Shown in pieces: positions 11,189-22,070 of a stretch of 64,000 bases of DNA. Under the pieces are notes generated by a model. That model had not been told where the DNA came from. It did not search any database and saw only the letters and a program-made list of their open reading frames with translations. A program made the position numbers and the translations under genes. The stretch comes from Cyanidioschyzon merolae (taxonomy: Eukaryota). The stretch is from assembly GCA_000091205.1 (NCBI GenBank), contig AP006495.2. One strand, given 5' to 3'. Each line of letters starts with the position of its first letter. The stretch's first letter is position 1.

Positions 11189-13609
11189 ATGGAGCTTGTT
11201 GTCACGAGAGACGGTTTCGGTGACTCCGAACAGAGCACGCCGCTCACCGCGGTGCGTCCAGACACTACCTGTAACGAGGACGTTGACGAGGTCACTGGCC
11301 AGGTAGGGCCAGCTCCTGCGAGCGAACCAGAAAAGTTTTGGGTACATCTAGGCCAGCTCCTCGGAGCCTTTGGAAGTTTTAGAGTTTTAACTGAATTTTT
11401 GCACCGGTTTCTGGAGGCCGAGGCCTCCATCGCCGGAACCGCATCACATAGCACTAGCGCACCATGTTCGTGCACTGAGGCAGTACGTTCGGCAGGACAG
11501 CACGCATCTTCGCAATCGTGTTGTATGCATGGAACTGGATCTCGGTTTAGAATGTCGCTACGAAGGTACAGAAACTGGCTTGTGCCGCTCACTGCTTGCG
11601 ATCTTGAAAACGAGTTGGACGCAATATCCCCCGAGCCAGCGGCAGCGCGCCTGGGGAACACGGCTCCTTTGTATAGTGCAGGTCAAGAGAACCCATCCGC
11701 TCAGATATCCGATGTTTTTATACAGAAAAAGGCTCGTAACCGATATTTGCAGTGGGTTCGCTTACGTGCTTGGCTTCAAGAAAGGCTCATATCGTGTGCG
11801 CATATGCGTTTGCCTTCCTTTGCGCCGCGGTGGAGCGAATTCTCGATGGAAAACTTGCCTTCTTTTGAGAACATTCGAAAGAGCTTGTTTTTAATGAATT
11901 GGCGGTGCATGTGGAGTTCATTACCTGAGTCAGCGGTTACCGTTGGCACGCGCCGACCTGCAGATCACCGGGACTCGCTTATCTTCACCTGCTGGTTCAG
12001 CAAAAAGGATACGATTACCGAGAAATCCTGCAGGAAGAAACGACTTTGGTCGAGTAGGTTGCTGTGGAGAGCGCAAACTACAAACGATGGATTCACTCGT
12101 ATCCATGGTGCGACGAGGAGCTCGCGATGTTCTGCTTCGGAATCAGTACCAAAATCCGCTGAGCTGGACAGGGATGCGAATACGAGCGAACGCATGTGCG
12201 ATGGCGATCCCACACCTCCACAACCTGCATCGGTAGCCATGCATTCTTCACCACAGGTGCAGCACGAACAGGAGGATGCACGACAGCTGCGGTGGCTGTA
12301 TCGCTTGCCATGGACACAGAGAAAATGGATATGGTGCGAAACGGATGAGAGCACGCACCCTGGAGCAGAGGGCTCTCGTGCCACCGGAAACAACCAGAAT
12401 GCACGCAGCATCGAGACATGGCGAGTGCTGGATAGCCTTTCTCTCGATCTGAATCGCGTCTCAAGTTGGCTGACAGCACGTCGCTTATCTTCGACTTTTG
12501 AGGAGTGGGATGCGGACGAGGAGCCGCCACTGGATCCATCTGCTCCCCTAATCATTTCAGCAGCGCGGAGTTCAACTGCAGAAGACGACAGCCCGCGCTT
12601 TAACTTGTTGCACGGGGTCACGGAGACAGCAGCAGATACGCAGGAATCAATACAAGCAGACACGCAACTGGACGCTGCGAATCATCACCAGGGAAACTCG
12701 CCGGGATCGTTGCGCAGCGCCTCAGCGGGGCAATCGCGAATGCGCATGGAATTCACGAGCGACGAACATACTGTATTTCAGGACGATTCCTCGGCGAGCG
12801 GATCCAGGGTGCCTAGGCACTTGCGGGAACCCATTCAGCGGCTTACAATGAATCTGCACTTTCTATTGGATAACCCGCACCTGAACGTAGCCCCGTATGA
12901 ACGCCTTGCGAACATGGGTAGCTCTAGTTTTGACGACCTCTCCGCACTGGATCACGCTCAACGCCATCTGGGAAACGTGGAGAATCTGCGGACCCACAGC
13001 GGACTCGACCCTGAGACCATCGAGAGATACACGCTCGTCGGCTCTGTAACCGAAGAGGGAATCCCAGTCATCGGGACCTTGAATCCGGGGCCGCTAGACC
13101 TAGAACACTCCTCTACATGGAACTCGAATGATGACTCAGGTGCTGACAATGCAAATCAGGTAACTAGAATGGCATCAGACGCCGCTCGCGTTAGCGCTCC
13201 CGGCGAATGCTGCTGCGTCGTCTGTCTGGAGCCAATGCGCCGAGCGGAGATAGTTCGAATTCTGCCGTGCTGCCATTTTTATCACAAAGATTGTGTGGAT
13301 CGCTGGCTCCAACGGCATAAGCGGTGCCCCGTTTGCAATGGTGACATCGAACAGCTAGCGCTCGCTTTCTCTGATCCGAGTGCCGGCTGCGACAGCGGCA
13401 CGCAGGGCGCCAACGGATCAGCGCGGGTGGCTATCCGCGGAGGCCATGCGGCGTCCCGTCGTGATCGACTGAGGCGGCGCTACCGTGCTGGGGATCGAGC
13501 TCCGAGTCCTGCGCTCTTTTTTCCGAACGAGGACCCGCTGGATCTCATTGAAGCAGATGGCGCCTGGTGGGACTGGTTCCAAGGCCCAGCGCCGCACGAG
13601 CTTGAATGA
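11189..13609 (+). CDS. RING-H2 finger E3 ubiquitin ligase-like protein (806-aa ORF; long Ser-rich N-terminus, true start uncertain)
   Basis: Starts at ATG 11189. The C-terminal C3H2C3 RING-H2 reads CCVVCLEPMRRAEIVRILPCCHFYHKDCVDRWLQRHKRCPVCNGDI (about 13207-13345). Confidence 0.7.
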   Translation: MELVVTRDGFGDSEQSTPLTAVRPDTTCNEDVDEVTGQVGPAPASEPEKFWVHLGQLLGAFGSFRVLTEFLHRFLEAEASIAGTASHSTSAPCSCTEAVRSAGQHASSQSCCMHGTGSRFRMSLRRYRNWLVPLTACDLENELDAISPEPAAARLGNTAPLYSAGQENPSAQISDVFIQKKARNRYLQWVRLRAWLQERLISCAHMRLPSFAPRWSEFSMENLPSFENIRKSLFLMNWRCMWSSLPESAVTVGTRRPADHRDSLIFTCWFSKKDTITEKSCRKKRLWSSRLLWRAQTTNDGFTRIHGATRSSRCSASESVPKSAELDRDANTSERMCDGDPTPPQPASVAMHSSPQVQHEQEDARQLRWLYRLPWTQRKWIWCETDESTHPGAEGSRATGNNQNARSIETWRVLDSLSLDLNRVSSWLTARRLSSTFEEWDADEEPPLDPSAPLIISAARSSTAEDDSPRFNLLHGVTETAADTQESIQADTQLDAANHHQGNSPGSLRSASAGQSRMRMEFTSDEHTVFQDDSSASGSRVPRHLREPIQRLTMNLHFLLDNPHLNVAPYERLANMGSSSFDDLSALDHAQRHLGNVENLRTHSGLDPETIERYTLVGSVTEEGIPVIGTLNPGPLDLEHSSTWNSNDDSGADNANQVTRMASDAARVSAPGECCCVVCLEPMRRAEIVRILPCCHFYHKDCVDRWLQRHKRCPVCNGDIEQLALAFSDPSAGCDSGTQGANGSARVAIRGGHAASRRDRLRRRYRAGDRAPSPALFFPNEDPLDLIEADGAWWDWFQGPAPHELE

Positions 13610-14728
13610 GCCGGGCATTTCGCGGATAACCGGTACCAGCATCTTTCTCAGCGTTCCCGACGACGATTCCTGACCCTCTCACCGCGACAACCTGTATGCA
13701 TTGGATGGGGCAGTTGAGGCTTCTTCGCTTTCCGCCATGTCGTCTCACATATTGTTATGTATTCACGAAGCTCGAGACAAGTTCCTGCCTCTCGGGTGGT
13801 TGAATGTCGAGGATCCGCAGATCCATCCAGAACCCTCCGAGTGCACGAAACCAATATTTAGCAGCCTCTAGACCCCAAGATAAAATGCGAACGCGCCAGC
13901 GTTCTATCAACCACATTGCCGTGTTTCTCTTCAGATTCGTGCACTGAACGATCCCGCCATCCCGCGCACGCCGTGCATGCTGCAGTCGCGTGCGATCGTG
14001 CAGGAAGCGCCACCGCCATCGCCGCGCGCAGCGTCGACCGCTCCGCGTGCGCTTATGGAATCGGACATCCGCTGTCGTACGCGTGTTTGTAGCTCGCTTG
14101 CGTATCGCTGATGCATTCGATTGGAGCATGTAGCGCATGAAGTGCATCGGTATTGCGGGTGCGCTATGAAAAATATTCCAGGCATCCGCCCGGCTCCAAA
14201 GAAATCGCACATCCGCTCTAATCCGCATGCGACCCCGCACAAGCGCGCCCGCGATGCGGGGTGTGCGTGGCACCGCCCCCGAGCCCCGGTGCGCTGATTC
14301 GCTGCGCGGCGGCGGCGGCACTTATGGTCTTTGCGAGCGCGCTGGCCCAGTGGGCACGCAACAACTGCTGTCGGCGATCGTCGTCCGCGGTGGAAGGTGC
14401 GCGTCGCGGGCGCTGTGCCGCCGCTGCCCCCTACGATGATGGAGCTTCCGCGACGCTTGCCGCACATGTGGGCAGCGCATTTTTGTTCAATGATGGATGA
14501 AGCGGACATCTCTCGTGCGTCGCGCGCCACGCTCCACGTGTCCAGGTTTATCCAGGGCGGCCATTGGCGCGCTGTCCCGTCGGTTTTTGCTTCAAACGCA
14601 TCGTTTGGCGAAAATGGCGCTCGTTGCACGCTTCACTGCGCGGGAGAGCGCGTTCGTTCATAACTGACGCACCGCCCCAGAGTATACAAAGCAGTTCGCA
14701 AAGCAAAGAGCGTTGACTGGACTTGACT

Positions 14729-15862
14729 ATGACAGAGGAGGAAATAACAGCTCTTGTGATCGATAATGGTTCTGGGATGGTGAAAGCGGGTTTCGCGGGA
14801 GACGACGCGCCCCGTGCAGTTTTCCCATCCATAGTGGGACGTCCGCGACACCAAGCAGTCATGGTTGGCATGGGGCAAAAAGACTCTTATGTGGGCGACG
14901 AAGCGCAGTCGAAACGCGGTATCCTATCGCTCAAGTACCCGATCGAGCACGGCATCGTAACGAACTGGGATGATATGGAAAAGATCTGGTACCACACTTT
15001 TTACAACGAGTTGCGCATCTCCCCCGAGGATCATCCAGTGTTGTTAACCGAAGCACCTTTGAACCCGAAAGCCAACAGGGAAAAAATGACCCAGATCATG
15101 TTCGAGACGTTCAACGTTCCCGCGATGTACGTCGCGATCCAGGCAGTATTGTCGTTGTATGCTTCGGGGCGCACCACGGGTATTGTCGTCGACAGCGGCG
15201 ACGGTGTGACGCACACTGTGCCCATCTACGAAGGCTATGCCTTGCCGCATGCTATCATGCGCATAGATCTGGCTGGACGAGACCTAACCGACTATCTCGC
15301 CAAGATCCTTACAGAGCGCGGATATTCATTCACGACGACAGCCGAACGAGAGATCGTGCGAGACATCAAGGAAAAATGTTGTTATGTGGCACAGGACTAC
15401 GATCATGAGTTGGAGATTGCCTCATCGCAGCCGGCGAAAATCGATAAGCAGTATGAACTCCCCGACGGACAAATCATCACGATTGGGAGTGAGCGTTTCA
15501 GATGCCCGGAGGTGCTCTTCCAGCCGTCCTTGATCGGTATGGAGGGCGAGGGTATTCATAATGTTGCTTATCAGAGCATCATGAAATGCGATGTCGACAT
15601 CCGGAAAGATCTGTACGCAAACGTGGTTCTCAGCGGCGGCACGACGATGTTCCCAGGCATCGCGGATCGGATGCAGCGGGAACTCGCTAGTGTTGCACCA
15701 TCTTCGGTGAAGATCAAGCTTGTAGCGCCAGCGGAGCGCAAATATAGCGTGTGGATCGGCGGCAGCATTTTGGCCTCGTTGAGCACTTTTCAGCAGATGT
15801 GGATTAGTAAGGCGGAGTATGACGAGTTCGGACCCTCTGTGGTACACCGCAAATGTTTCTGA
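14729..15862 (+). CDS. ACT: actin
   Basis: Intronless 377-aa ORF from the first ATG at 14729 (the track start 14723 is a TTG). Canonical actin sequence throughout ([28 protein letters not shown], ...[20 protein letters not shown]). TGA stop. Confidence 0.97.
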   Translation: MTEEEITALVIDNGSGMVKAGFAGDDAPRAVFPSIVGRPRHQAVMVGMGQKDSYVGDEAQSKRGILSLKYPIEHGIVTNWDDMEKIWYHTFYNELRISPEDHPVLLTEAPLNPKANREKMTQIMFETFNVPAMYVAIQAVLSLYASGRTTGIVVDSGDGVTHTVPIYEGYALPHAIMRIDLAGRDLTDYLAKILTERGYSFTTTAEREIVRDIKEKCCYVAQDYDHELEIASSQPAKIDKQYELPDGQIITIGSERFRCPEVLFQPSLIGMEGEGIHNVAYQSIMKCDVDIRKDLYANVVLSGGTTMFPGIADRMQRELASVAPSSVKIKLVAPAERKYSVWIGGSILASLSTFQQMWISKAEYDEFGPSVVHRKCF

Positions 15863-17510
15863 GGCAGACGCTTGAAGCGCTGGAGAATTCCATTCCAGAC
15901 CGGTGCGAATCCGGCGTCGGTTATCCTGATTGGAGTTATGGTAGAGTCTGCGCGAAATGCAACGTAAAAGGACGGTTGCTCGGGTGTCCTTCCTGTGAGC
16001 GCATTACCCCCGATATTCCAAGCAACGCAGCGATCATATCGTGGAATCGTAGTTTGAACGCAGAGCTTGTTCCGCTGTTGCGAAGGGTCGGCTGCTGATA
16101 GTGTTGCTGTCTTTGGCAGATATCCATCGCTGAAATGGCAAACATGAAAGCTGCTCCACCGTGCTGTGGTGCCCGCACCGACGCGATCGGCGTCATAGCG
16201 AGTGCTCGCGGTGAGCTCGGCACCCGGGGATTGTACGAACTGACGAATATTCCCAAAGGCAAGTATGGGCGAGGGCACCTGTATCTCGGGGGTGGTTCAG
16301 CGCCGAATGCAGCACGCTCTCCGGGACGCGCATCGCAGTCGTGAAGTCGGAGATCCGCCGGTTCTCTTTTTTATTTGGTAAAACATTTACACACAGGCCA
16401 GCGTTGCTCATCTGTGCGTTTGATACCAGCGCGCGGTGAAGCATCCATCGCTCCACACCCTACTTCCAGGCTCCGTAGCCCATACTTCTTCTCGGGTATA
16501 ATGGTGGTTTGATGCTTTCAATCGAGCACCTAGTGCCTTCCCTGATCGTCCGCTATAGCGCCTATAGCGCCGGTGCGGTTGCAGCACGGAGACGGAACGG
16601 CTTTGCAGTACCGCGGAGGGCATCGGCTCGAGGATTCCCTGGCTCATGTGAACGCTGCTACATACAAGAAGCTCGTCAATGATAGAATATACCAACCTTG
16701 AAAATTGGCACTTTCAAAGAGGACACCAGTCTGTGTTCGACTGGAGCATACTGGAGCCAGGCGCAGTCCGCTGCAAAGGCATCCGGAGGGTTCCGTTTGC
16801 GCTTCCTGAATTCCCACTACTCCCACCAAACACGCTGAGCGGCGGTACGCCCTTTTAGAGCAATTGAAAACCGCAGCATAGTTCTTTTCAAAGCTGGACA
16901 ACGAGAAACCATCGCTGCGGCAAGCCTTCGTATCCACGTCTCCCTCTCCGCTTCTAGAGTGTGGTTGCCCCTTGTCGCGGATACAAGCCTCAGGCGCCTA
17001 TTCACGATAGACAGATACAGCCCACCGGTCTGCGTCACTCCTAGAGAAAGGCGCACCAAACGCACACATTTCCCACCACTGATTCTATCCAACCATTCTT
17101 AGTTGCGACTTTTTTGGTGTAGGATCGTTTACAGTAACCAACGGTTCCGGAGTGCCGCATGGCTTTCCCTAACTGGGGCCTCAGATACCAAGCGCCGGCT
17201 GGTCGTGCGCGCCGATGCCATGTACGACCAGCCGTTAACGAAATCGCAGCCGACGGATCGCTGCGCGCATTTTTGAAACGCCTCGAACTGGGGCGAGTGC
17301 TCCCGAGCGGCACTTCTGCTGACGTCGAGGACGTTTGCCTGCACGATCTTTGCGGAAACGAAGGTGCCGACAGACGTTGTGCTCGGCGCTTTCTTATTCC
17401 AGTGCTTGTCTGCAGAAATTCCGTCGCGAGAGATATTTGTGTGGCGCACCATCCGTCAGACTTGTATAACGGTGCTTTCTGGTACTCGTTGCCGCCGTTG
17501 ATTTGGAGCT

Positions 17511-20500
17511 ATGGAGCGACGAGCGAGTGGCTCGCGAGCGCCATTGACTCCAGTACAGCCTGTTAGCGAAGATGTGCCGCAAAGCCGGGGGAGAACTCCC
17601 GAAGAAACCCGACAGACAACACCAGAGCGTGCCCTGAAGCGTGCGCTTTCACCGACTTTCTCCGAGAAGACTACGAAAAGCAAGACAAATTCAATCCATA
17701 GTTCGAAAAACAAGCGAGTCTCCTTCGGAGGTCAGGAAGTGAAGTTCTACGAACGTCATGAGTTTGAGTGGTCTTCGCCGCCGGCACCGTCCCCGTCGAG
17801 GCGTCAGTCTCTGGAGCCGCAGGGAGACCACGCATATCCCGGTGTTGCGTCGTCGAGCTTTGCAGGGCGCGTTTCGAACACGCCCAGCGCTTATGAGCAC
17901 GAACCGAATGTGCGTGCCGCAGCAGCAAAGACGCATACTGGAAACAACACACTAGACGCGCCTAGTCCGCATCGTGACCTGCCGCACTTGCTCGCGACTG
18001 CATGCCCGACTGTGGGGTCGATGGAGAGCGACGACGACAACACGATACAGAGCGGCTCCAGTCTGAGCGAAGCGACGCTAGCGCAAGTGGCCTACGGAAT
18101 CAGATCCTATGCCTCCGGCGCCGCAGATGATGCAACGTCTTCAACGAATGAGGACGACTCGCTTCAGTACCGAGAACGTTTCAGCGGAAGCAGTGAGGGC
18201 CTCAGCCTGTTCATGGATGAAGACATCACGAAAGCAGTCGGACATCCGCGCATGTCGATGCCTCTGACTGGGACGACGTCCCTAACGAGGAGCGTCACGC
18301 GAACGCTGCTAACCGGGGGCGAGCGCTTCGGCCGGCGGGCTTCGCTCAGCCGGCCACCTCTGCCGCGCCCTCGGCGATCTTCAAGGCTATCGACCGGCTC
18401 GTGGCGTGCAACGAGCAACGTTGACTATCAGGGAACAACGAGGGGGAATCGGCGGGACTCGATCGATGATAATATTACTGGCAAGGTGCCTTCGCTGGCT
18501 GCTCTCATCGACGCTGACTCGGAAGAAACTGCTGTAGGAGATCGCTCGCGCGAGCGCTTCGCCCATGAAACCGATGCGGGGGACAACATACGCCCGTCGT
18601 CCACACCTGGCAAGCTTCGCTACGAGGACGAGCCCCCGAAGTTCCCAAGCATCCAGGAGGGAAGCTCGTCCCAAGAGCCTTCGCTTTCTCATCACAGCGA
18701 CTCGGGCAGGAATTGTGCGAACAGCGAGGATACGCCACGGTGGCGATCATTATGGTCGACCGATATTCGTGATGCTCAACTGGGGATCGTCGCGAACACA
18801 TCGCCCACGGTAGCGACTTGCGTTCCCCCAAGGAAAGAGTCCAATTCACCGATAGCCGGTTCAATATCTGAGGTGCAGCGAGACGAGGAATCTGGTGGTC
18901 TCACGACGGTTCCGGAAACCAGTGCCCTCCTTGAAGACATAACAGGACAGGTGCCGAGGCTAACTGCCCTGATAGACGAAGACAACGAGATATCTGATTT
19001 GCATCTTCAGCAAATGCCACAGGGAAACGGGAACAGTCAAATCAGTGTACATGGGGGCGTTTGCCGCGTAGCGTCCGAACAGGCGAACAGTGCGTCTAGG
19101 TCCTTCGCGGCCGACACAAAGAGTCCGGCCCTGTCGCCGGACCTGACGGCTCGAGACTTGATTCCGCAGCAGAGCGAGAGCCCCCAGCGGCGGGTCACTT
19201 TGGGATCCGTCGGTGCCCCGATTCAACAAAGTACTCGTAGTATGCACGGATTCGATACGAGTACAAGTGTTGCACGGCGTCGATCGTTGGCAGCTAGCGT
19301 TCGACGACTGAGCATGAAAGCGTCGCTTGTGCAGACGCTTTCTGCATCCAAAGAGATACACTTGCGAGAAGTCCATTCGGGAATGAAAGCGAATTCGCAT
19401 TCGAAGTTGGGTGCCTCGCCAGAGGCCGAACCACTCGGCCGAGTCCTGCAAGAACGATACAGTAACCAGATAGTGCGTCTGGAGCGGGATCCTAATGAAA
19501 CAGCGAAAACTGTCGTAGCGACTCAGAGCAGTACGATTGGCAAAGGTGCACCGCGAGATGACACGGGGCTCGAAAGCTCTTCGCTTCCCGCGTCAGAGGC
19601 GTCCGTCGCTTCCGCGCCGGGAAACGCTGTATTCAAGGATTTCCTCTATGCGGCTGGGGTCAGATTCCTCGACGATCTCTCTACGAGGAGGCGCATCACC
19701 TCTTTTGGGGTTCCCAGCAACCGAATATGTGTACAGCCGGATTCGCTCGAACAGCACATCAGAGTCGCCTGCATAACAGTCGCTCTGCTTGGCGCATTTC
19801 AATATTCATGTGAAGTGCTCGCATCAGAGAATGGAAAGCTCGCCACTGAAATCGCGAAAGCTGAGGAGGAATTCCGTACCCGTTGGCTCTTTACGCGGCT
19901 CATTGAGCTCCACTTTTCTGGCTCAGAACCGAATCTACTGACTCGATACCAGCTGCAACTCAAACGATTGAAAAACGTTGGCCGTCTTCGAGCTCGTTGC
20001 GAGTGGTATCTCTGGCGAGCGCGGCACGAGCAACGGATTCAGGTACAGCTCAGAGCCCAACAGGAAAACCTGCAGAACGATCTCGCCCAACTCTGCGGAC
20101 TAGCAGAGAACCTGCGCGCCACGATCTCTGCTGCCACTGAGGATGCGATCACCAGTGGACTGGGGCAGCTCTCCACGGACCCAAAACTCGTACACGAGCG
20201 AAACCTCCACAACCAGAATACTTTACGACACGTCGAAGAGCGCGATGCTCAAATTCAGGAAACACGCTCGCGCCTCGAGCAGCTCCATCACGAACTCAAC
20301 CGGCTTTCTGAACACAAGGCCCAGCTCGCAACCGAATGCCTCGCTTTGCGAACTCGGCACCAGGAGCTCCAGGCAAAGGCTCGTCTCGGCGATGCAGCGA
20401 GCTGCTCGTTAATGCTCGCTGAACAACAGGACTCATTTGATATCCTGGTGTCGTTGACGGCCTGCCGACCGATTTCTATTTCGAACGACACGCTGTGTGT

Positions 20501-21185
20501 CCGTGTCGGGTCTACCGTAGACATTCGATGTTCTTTTGTCCAAGAGAAAATGCCTTCCGACGCATGCGGTTCACTCGTCCTCAACAATGTTCAGGCGTGT
20601 GGCGTGACGCCTCCAAACGAGGCAACGGAAGCGCCGATTCTCATCGAGCGTGTAGCGCAAGCCGTTGTCGCATCGTTTACAGCACAGCAGCGAGAGCACT
20701 TCAGCGTGATGCGAGCCATCTCCGGGAGGCCCCTTTGGCAACTGCGCTGGGTCCTATTCGCCGTCGCTAGAGCAGTAACTGAACTCCAGGCTCTCCTCCG
20801 CAATATTAGCATATGGAAGCGGACCAAGCCATATGAAGTTGAATATCGGGAGTCCCATGATCACGCTGGCCTTGTGCATGCACTCTTTTCTGATATAACG
20901 AAACATATTCGTGTTGAGGTCATCCTCAAGCTAGAGCCGGCATCTCAGGCACTGTGCGGAATCCAGCTTCGCCTGCACGACATTGTTTGGCACCTTCCGA
21001 ACCGCTGCGAGCGACTCTCAGCGTCGTTCGTGGCCATCATATCGAACAACTTGGAACAATGGGCACGACGAGAACAAGACGTTGAAGTTGCACCGCCAGC
21101 ACAACACGTGCGACTCGCAGCGCTTATCGAGACCACCCTCGACGCAGTAGCGCAGACCCTGCAAGAAGCTCGACACGCTCCGTAA
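17511..21185 (+). CDS. large coiled-coil protein; candidate KNL1/Spc7-family kinetochore scaffold
   Basis: 1224-aa ORF from ATG 17511. N-terminal KRVSFGGQEVKFY (17712-17750) resembles the PP1-docking RVSF motif. Two copies of a motif follow: DDNITGKVPSLAALIDAD (about 18466-18519) and LEDITGQVPRLTALIDEDNE (about 18921-18980). Next comes FLYAAGVRFLDDLSTRRRIT (about 19641-19710), then a long coiled coil, then a ~250-aa C-terminal globular region. The family assignment is an inference. Confidence 0.6.
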   Translation: MERRASGSRAPLTPVQPVSEDVPQSRGRTPEETRQTTPERALKRALSPTFSEKTTKSKTNSIHSSKNKRVSFGGQEVKFYERHEFEWSSPPAPSPSRRQSLEPQGDHAYPGVASSSFAGRVSNTPSAYEHEPNVRAAAAKTHTGNNTLDAPSPHRDLPHLLATACPTVGSMESDDDNTIQSGSSLSEATLAQVAYGIRSYASGAADDATSSTNEDDSLQYRERFSGSSEGLSLFMDEDITKAVGHPRMSMPLTGTTSLTRSVTRTLLTGGERFGRRASLSRPPLPRPRRSSRLSTGSWRATSNVDYQGTTRGNRRDSIDDNITGKVPSLAALIDADSEETAVGDRSRERFAHETDAGDNIRPSSTPGKLRYEDEPPKFPSIQEGSSSQEPSLSHHSDSGRNCANSEDTPRWRSLWSTDIRDAQLGIVANTSPTVATCVPPRKESNSPIAGSISEVQRDEESGGLTTVPETSALLEDITGQVPRLTALIDEDNEISDLHLQQMPQGNGNSQISVHGGVCRVASEQANSASRSFAADTKSPALSPDLTARDLIPQQSESPQRRVTLGSVGAPIQQSTRSMHGFDTSTSVARRRSLAASVRRLSMKASLVQTLSASKEIHLREVHSGMKANSHSKLGASPEAEPLGRVLQERYSNQIVRLERDPNETAKTVVATQSSTIGKGAPRDDTGLESSSLPASEASVASAPGNAVFKDFLYAAGVRFLDDLSTRRRITSFGVPSNRICVQPDSLEQHIRVACITVALLGAFQYSCEVLASENGKLATEIAKAEEEFRTRWLFTRLIELHFSGSEPNLLTRYQLQLKRLKNVGRLRARCEWYLWRARHEQRIQVQLRAQQENLQNDLAQLCGLAENLRATISAATEDAITSGLGQLSTDPKLVHERNLHNQNTLRHVEERDAQIQETRSRLEQLHHELNRLSEHKAQLATECLALRTRHQELQAKARLGDAASCSLMLAEQQDSFDILVSLTACRPISISNDTLCVRVGSTVDIRCSFVQEKMPSDACGSLVLNNVQACGVTPPNEATEAPILIERVAQAVVASFTAQQREHFSVMRAISGRPLWQLRWVLFAVARAVTELQALLRNISIWKRTKPYEVEYRESHDHAGLVHALFSDITKHIRVEVILKLEPASQALCGIQLRLHDIVWHLPNRCERLSASFVAIISNNLEQWARREQDVEVAPPAQHVRLAALIETTLDAVAQTLQEARHAP

Positions 21186-21374
21186 AAACACGACGACGTT
21201 GAAACACGCAAGGTGAACCGGGTGTTTCAAAGACGCGTGTGCTCACCGGTTATCCAGCGAAACGCTACAAAGTCAACGCTGTCGTCGGCAAAAGTAAGCA
21301 CTCGCGCTCCCGAACGAGCCTACCCACAACGACCCTACCAGCGAGCGTTTCCCGGAGGTTCCTTCCCAAAACAT

Positions 21375-21647
21375 TCATTCCGCTGCACCATGCGTCGCAC
21401 GCGTATAGACCAACTGTGCCTGGTGTGTCGACACAGGCTTCACGAGGTCTTTCGCGATGAGCTCTCGAATCGCAGACCGGGCGAGGCTTCCGTTTATTTT
21501 CAAACGTTCCACAAGGACACTCGTGGTAATCAGTTTGTATTTTGCGGCTTCCTTAAGCAGGCGATCGTGCGTTTCGGGATCAAATATTACTTTATGGTCG
21601 GATTTCTCCTTCGTTTTTCCCTTGGACCACTTTTTCTTACCTGCCAT
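21375..21647 (-). CDS. RPS25: 40S ribosomal protein S25 (eS25)
   Basis: Reads [85 protein letters not shown]. The first ATG is at 21647; the track start is a TTG further upstream. An extra N-terminal exon cannot be excluded. Confidence 0.85.
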   Translation of the reverse strand: MAGKKKWSKGKTKEKSDHKVIFDPETHDRLLKEAAKYKLITTSVLVERLKINGSLARSAIRELIAKDLVKPVSTHQAQLVYTRATHGAAE

Positions 21648-22070
21648 TGTGTTGCTCGTGTGAGAGAGCAATGAAATGTCACTGATAGGATTGCGTGGCG
21701 GAATAGATGACGACGTAGCGCGGGCGCATTCTTGTACTTTATGGACAATCTATACATTTGAAAACAAACTGTACAATCGTGGAATCTTTATCCCTGGGCC
21801 TCGAGGCGTAGGCGACGCCCTTAATGGAAATGCCAGTCATTGAAACACACATACTGTTTCGTCTGCTGTGATAGCGTTCGCACCTGCCGGTAAACGAACT
21901 TGCTGCGGCTACGTTTCGGCGGACTTGAACTGATTGCTCCGCGTCGTGATTCTAGACGAGGGAAATTCTTCTCCTTGCGATAACGTTGCTTGCCGGGAAA
22001 CCACTGTCAACGAGGTGAAACCGTGTTGTACGCATCAGCTCCCCAGACGTCCGGGTCGTTTGCGTGACGC

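Noticed and set aside
13950-14470. GC/CpG-rich stretch with long minus-strand ORFs (13755..14321, 13931..14629) upstream of actin
   Set aside because: The translations are low-complexity (Arg/Ala/Gly-rich) with no recognisable domain. The region is more likely intergenic/promoter GC-rich DNA than a gene. It is left unannotated.
14723-14728. Track ORF starts taken at face value (actin 14723, eS25 21671, TMEM53-like 30709, membrane protein 25677, RER-like 45575, GRX 51976, DUF1992 57574, SNF2 32879)
   Set aside because: The codons at these positions are TTG or GTG (the track uses an alternative-start table), which is inappropriate for a eukaryote. Starts were moved to the first in-frame ATG.
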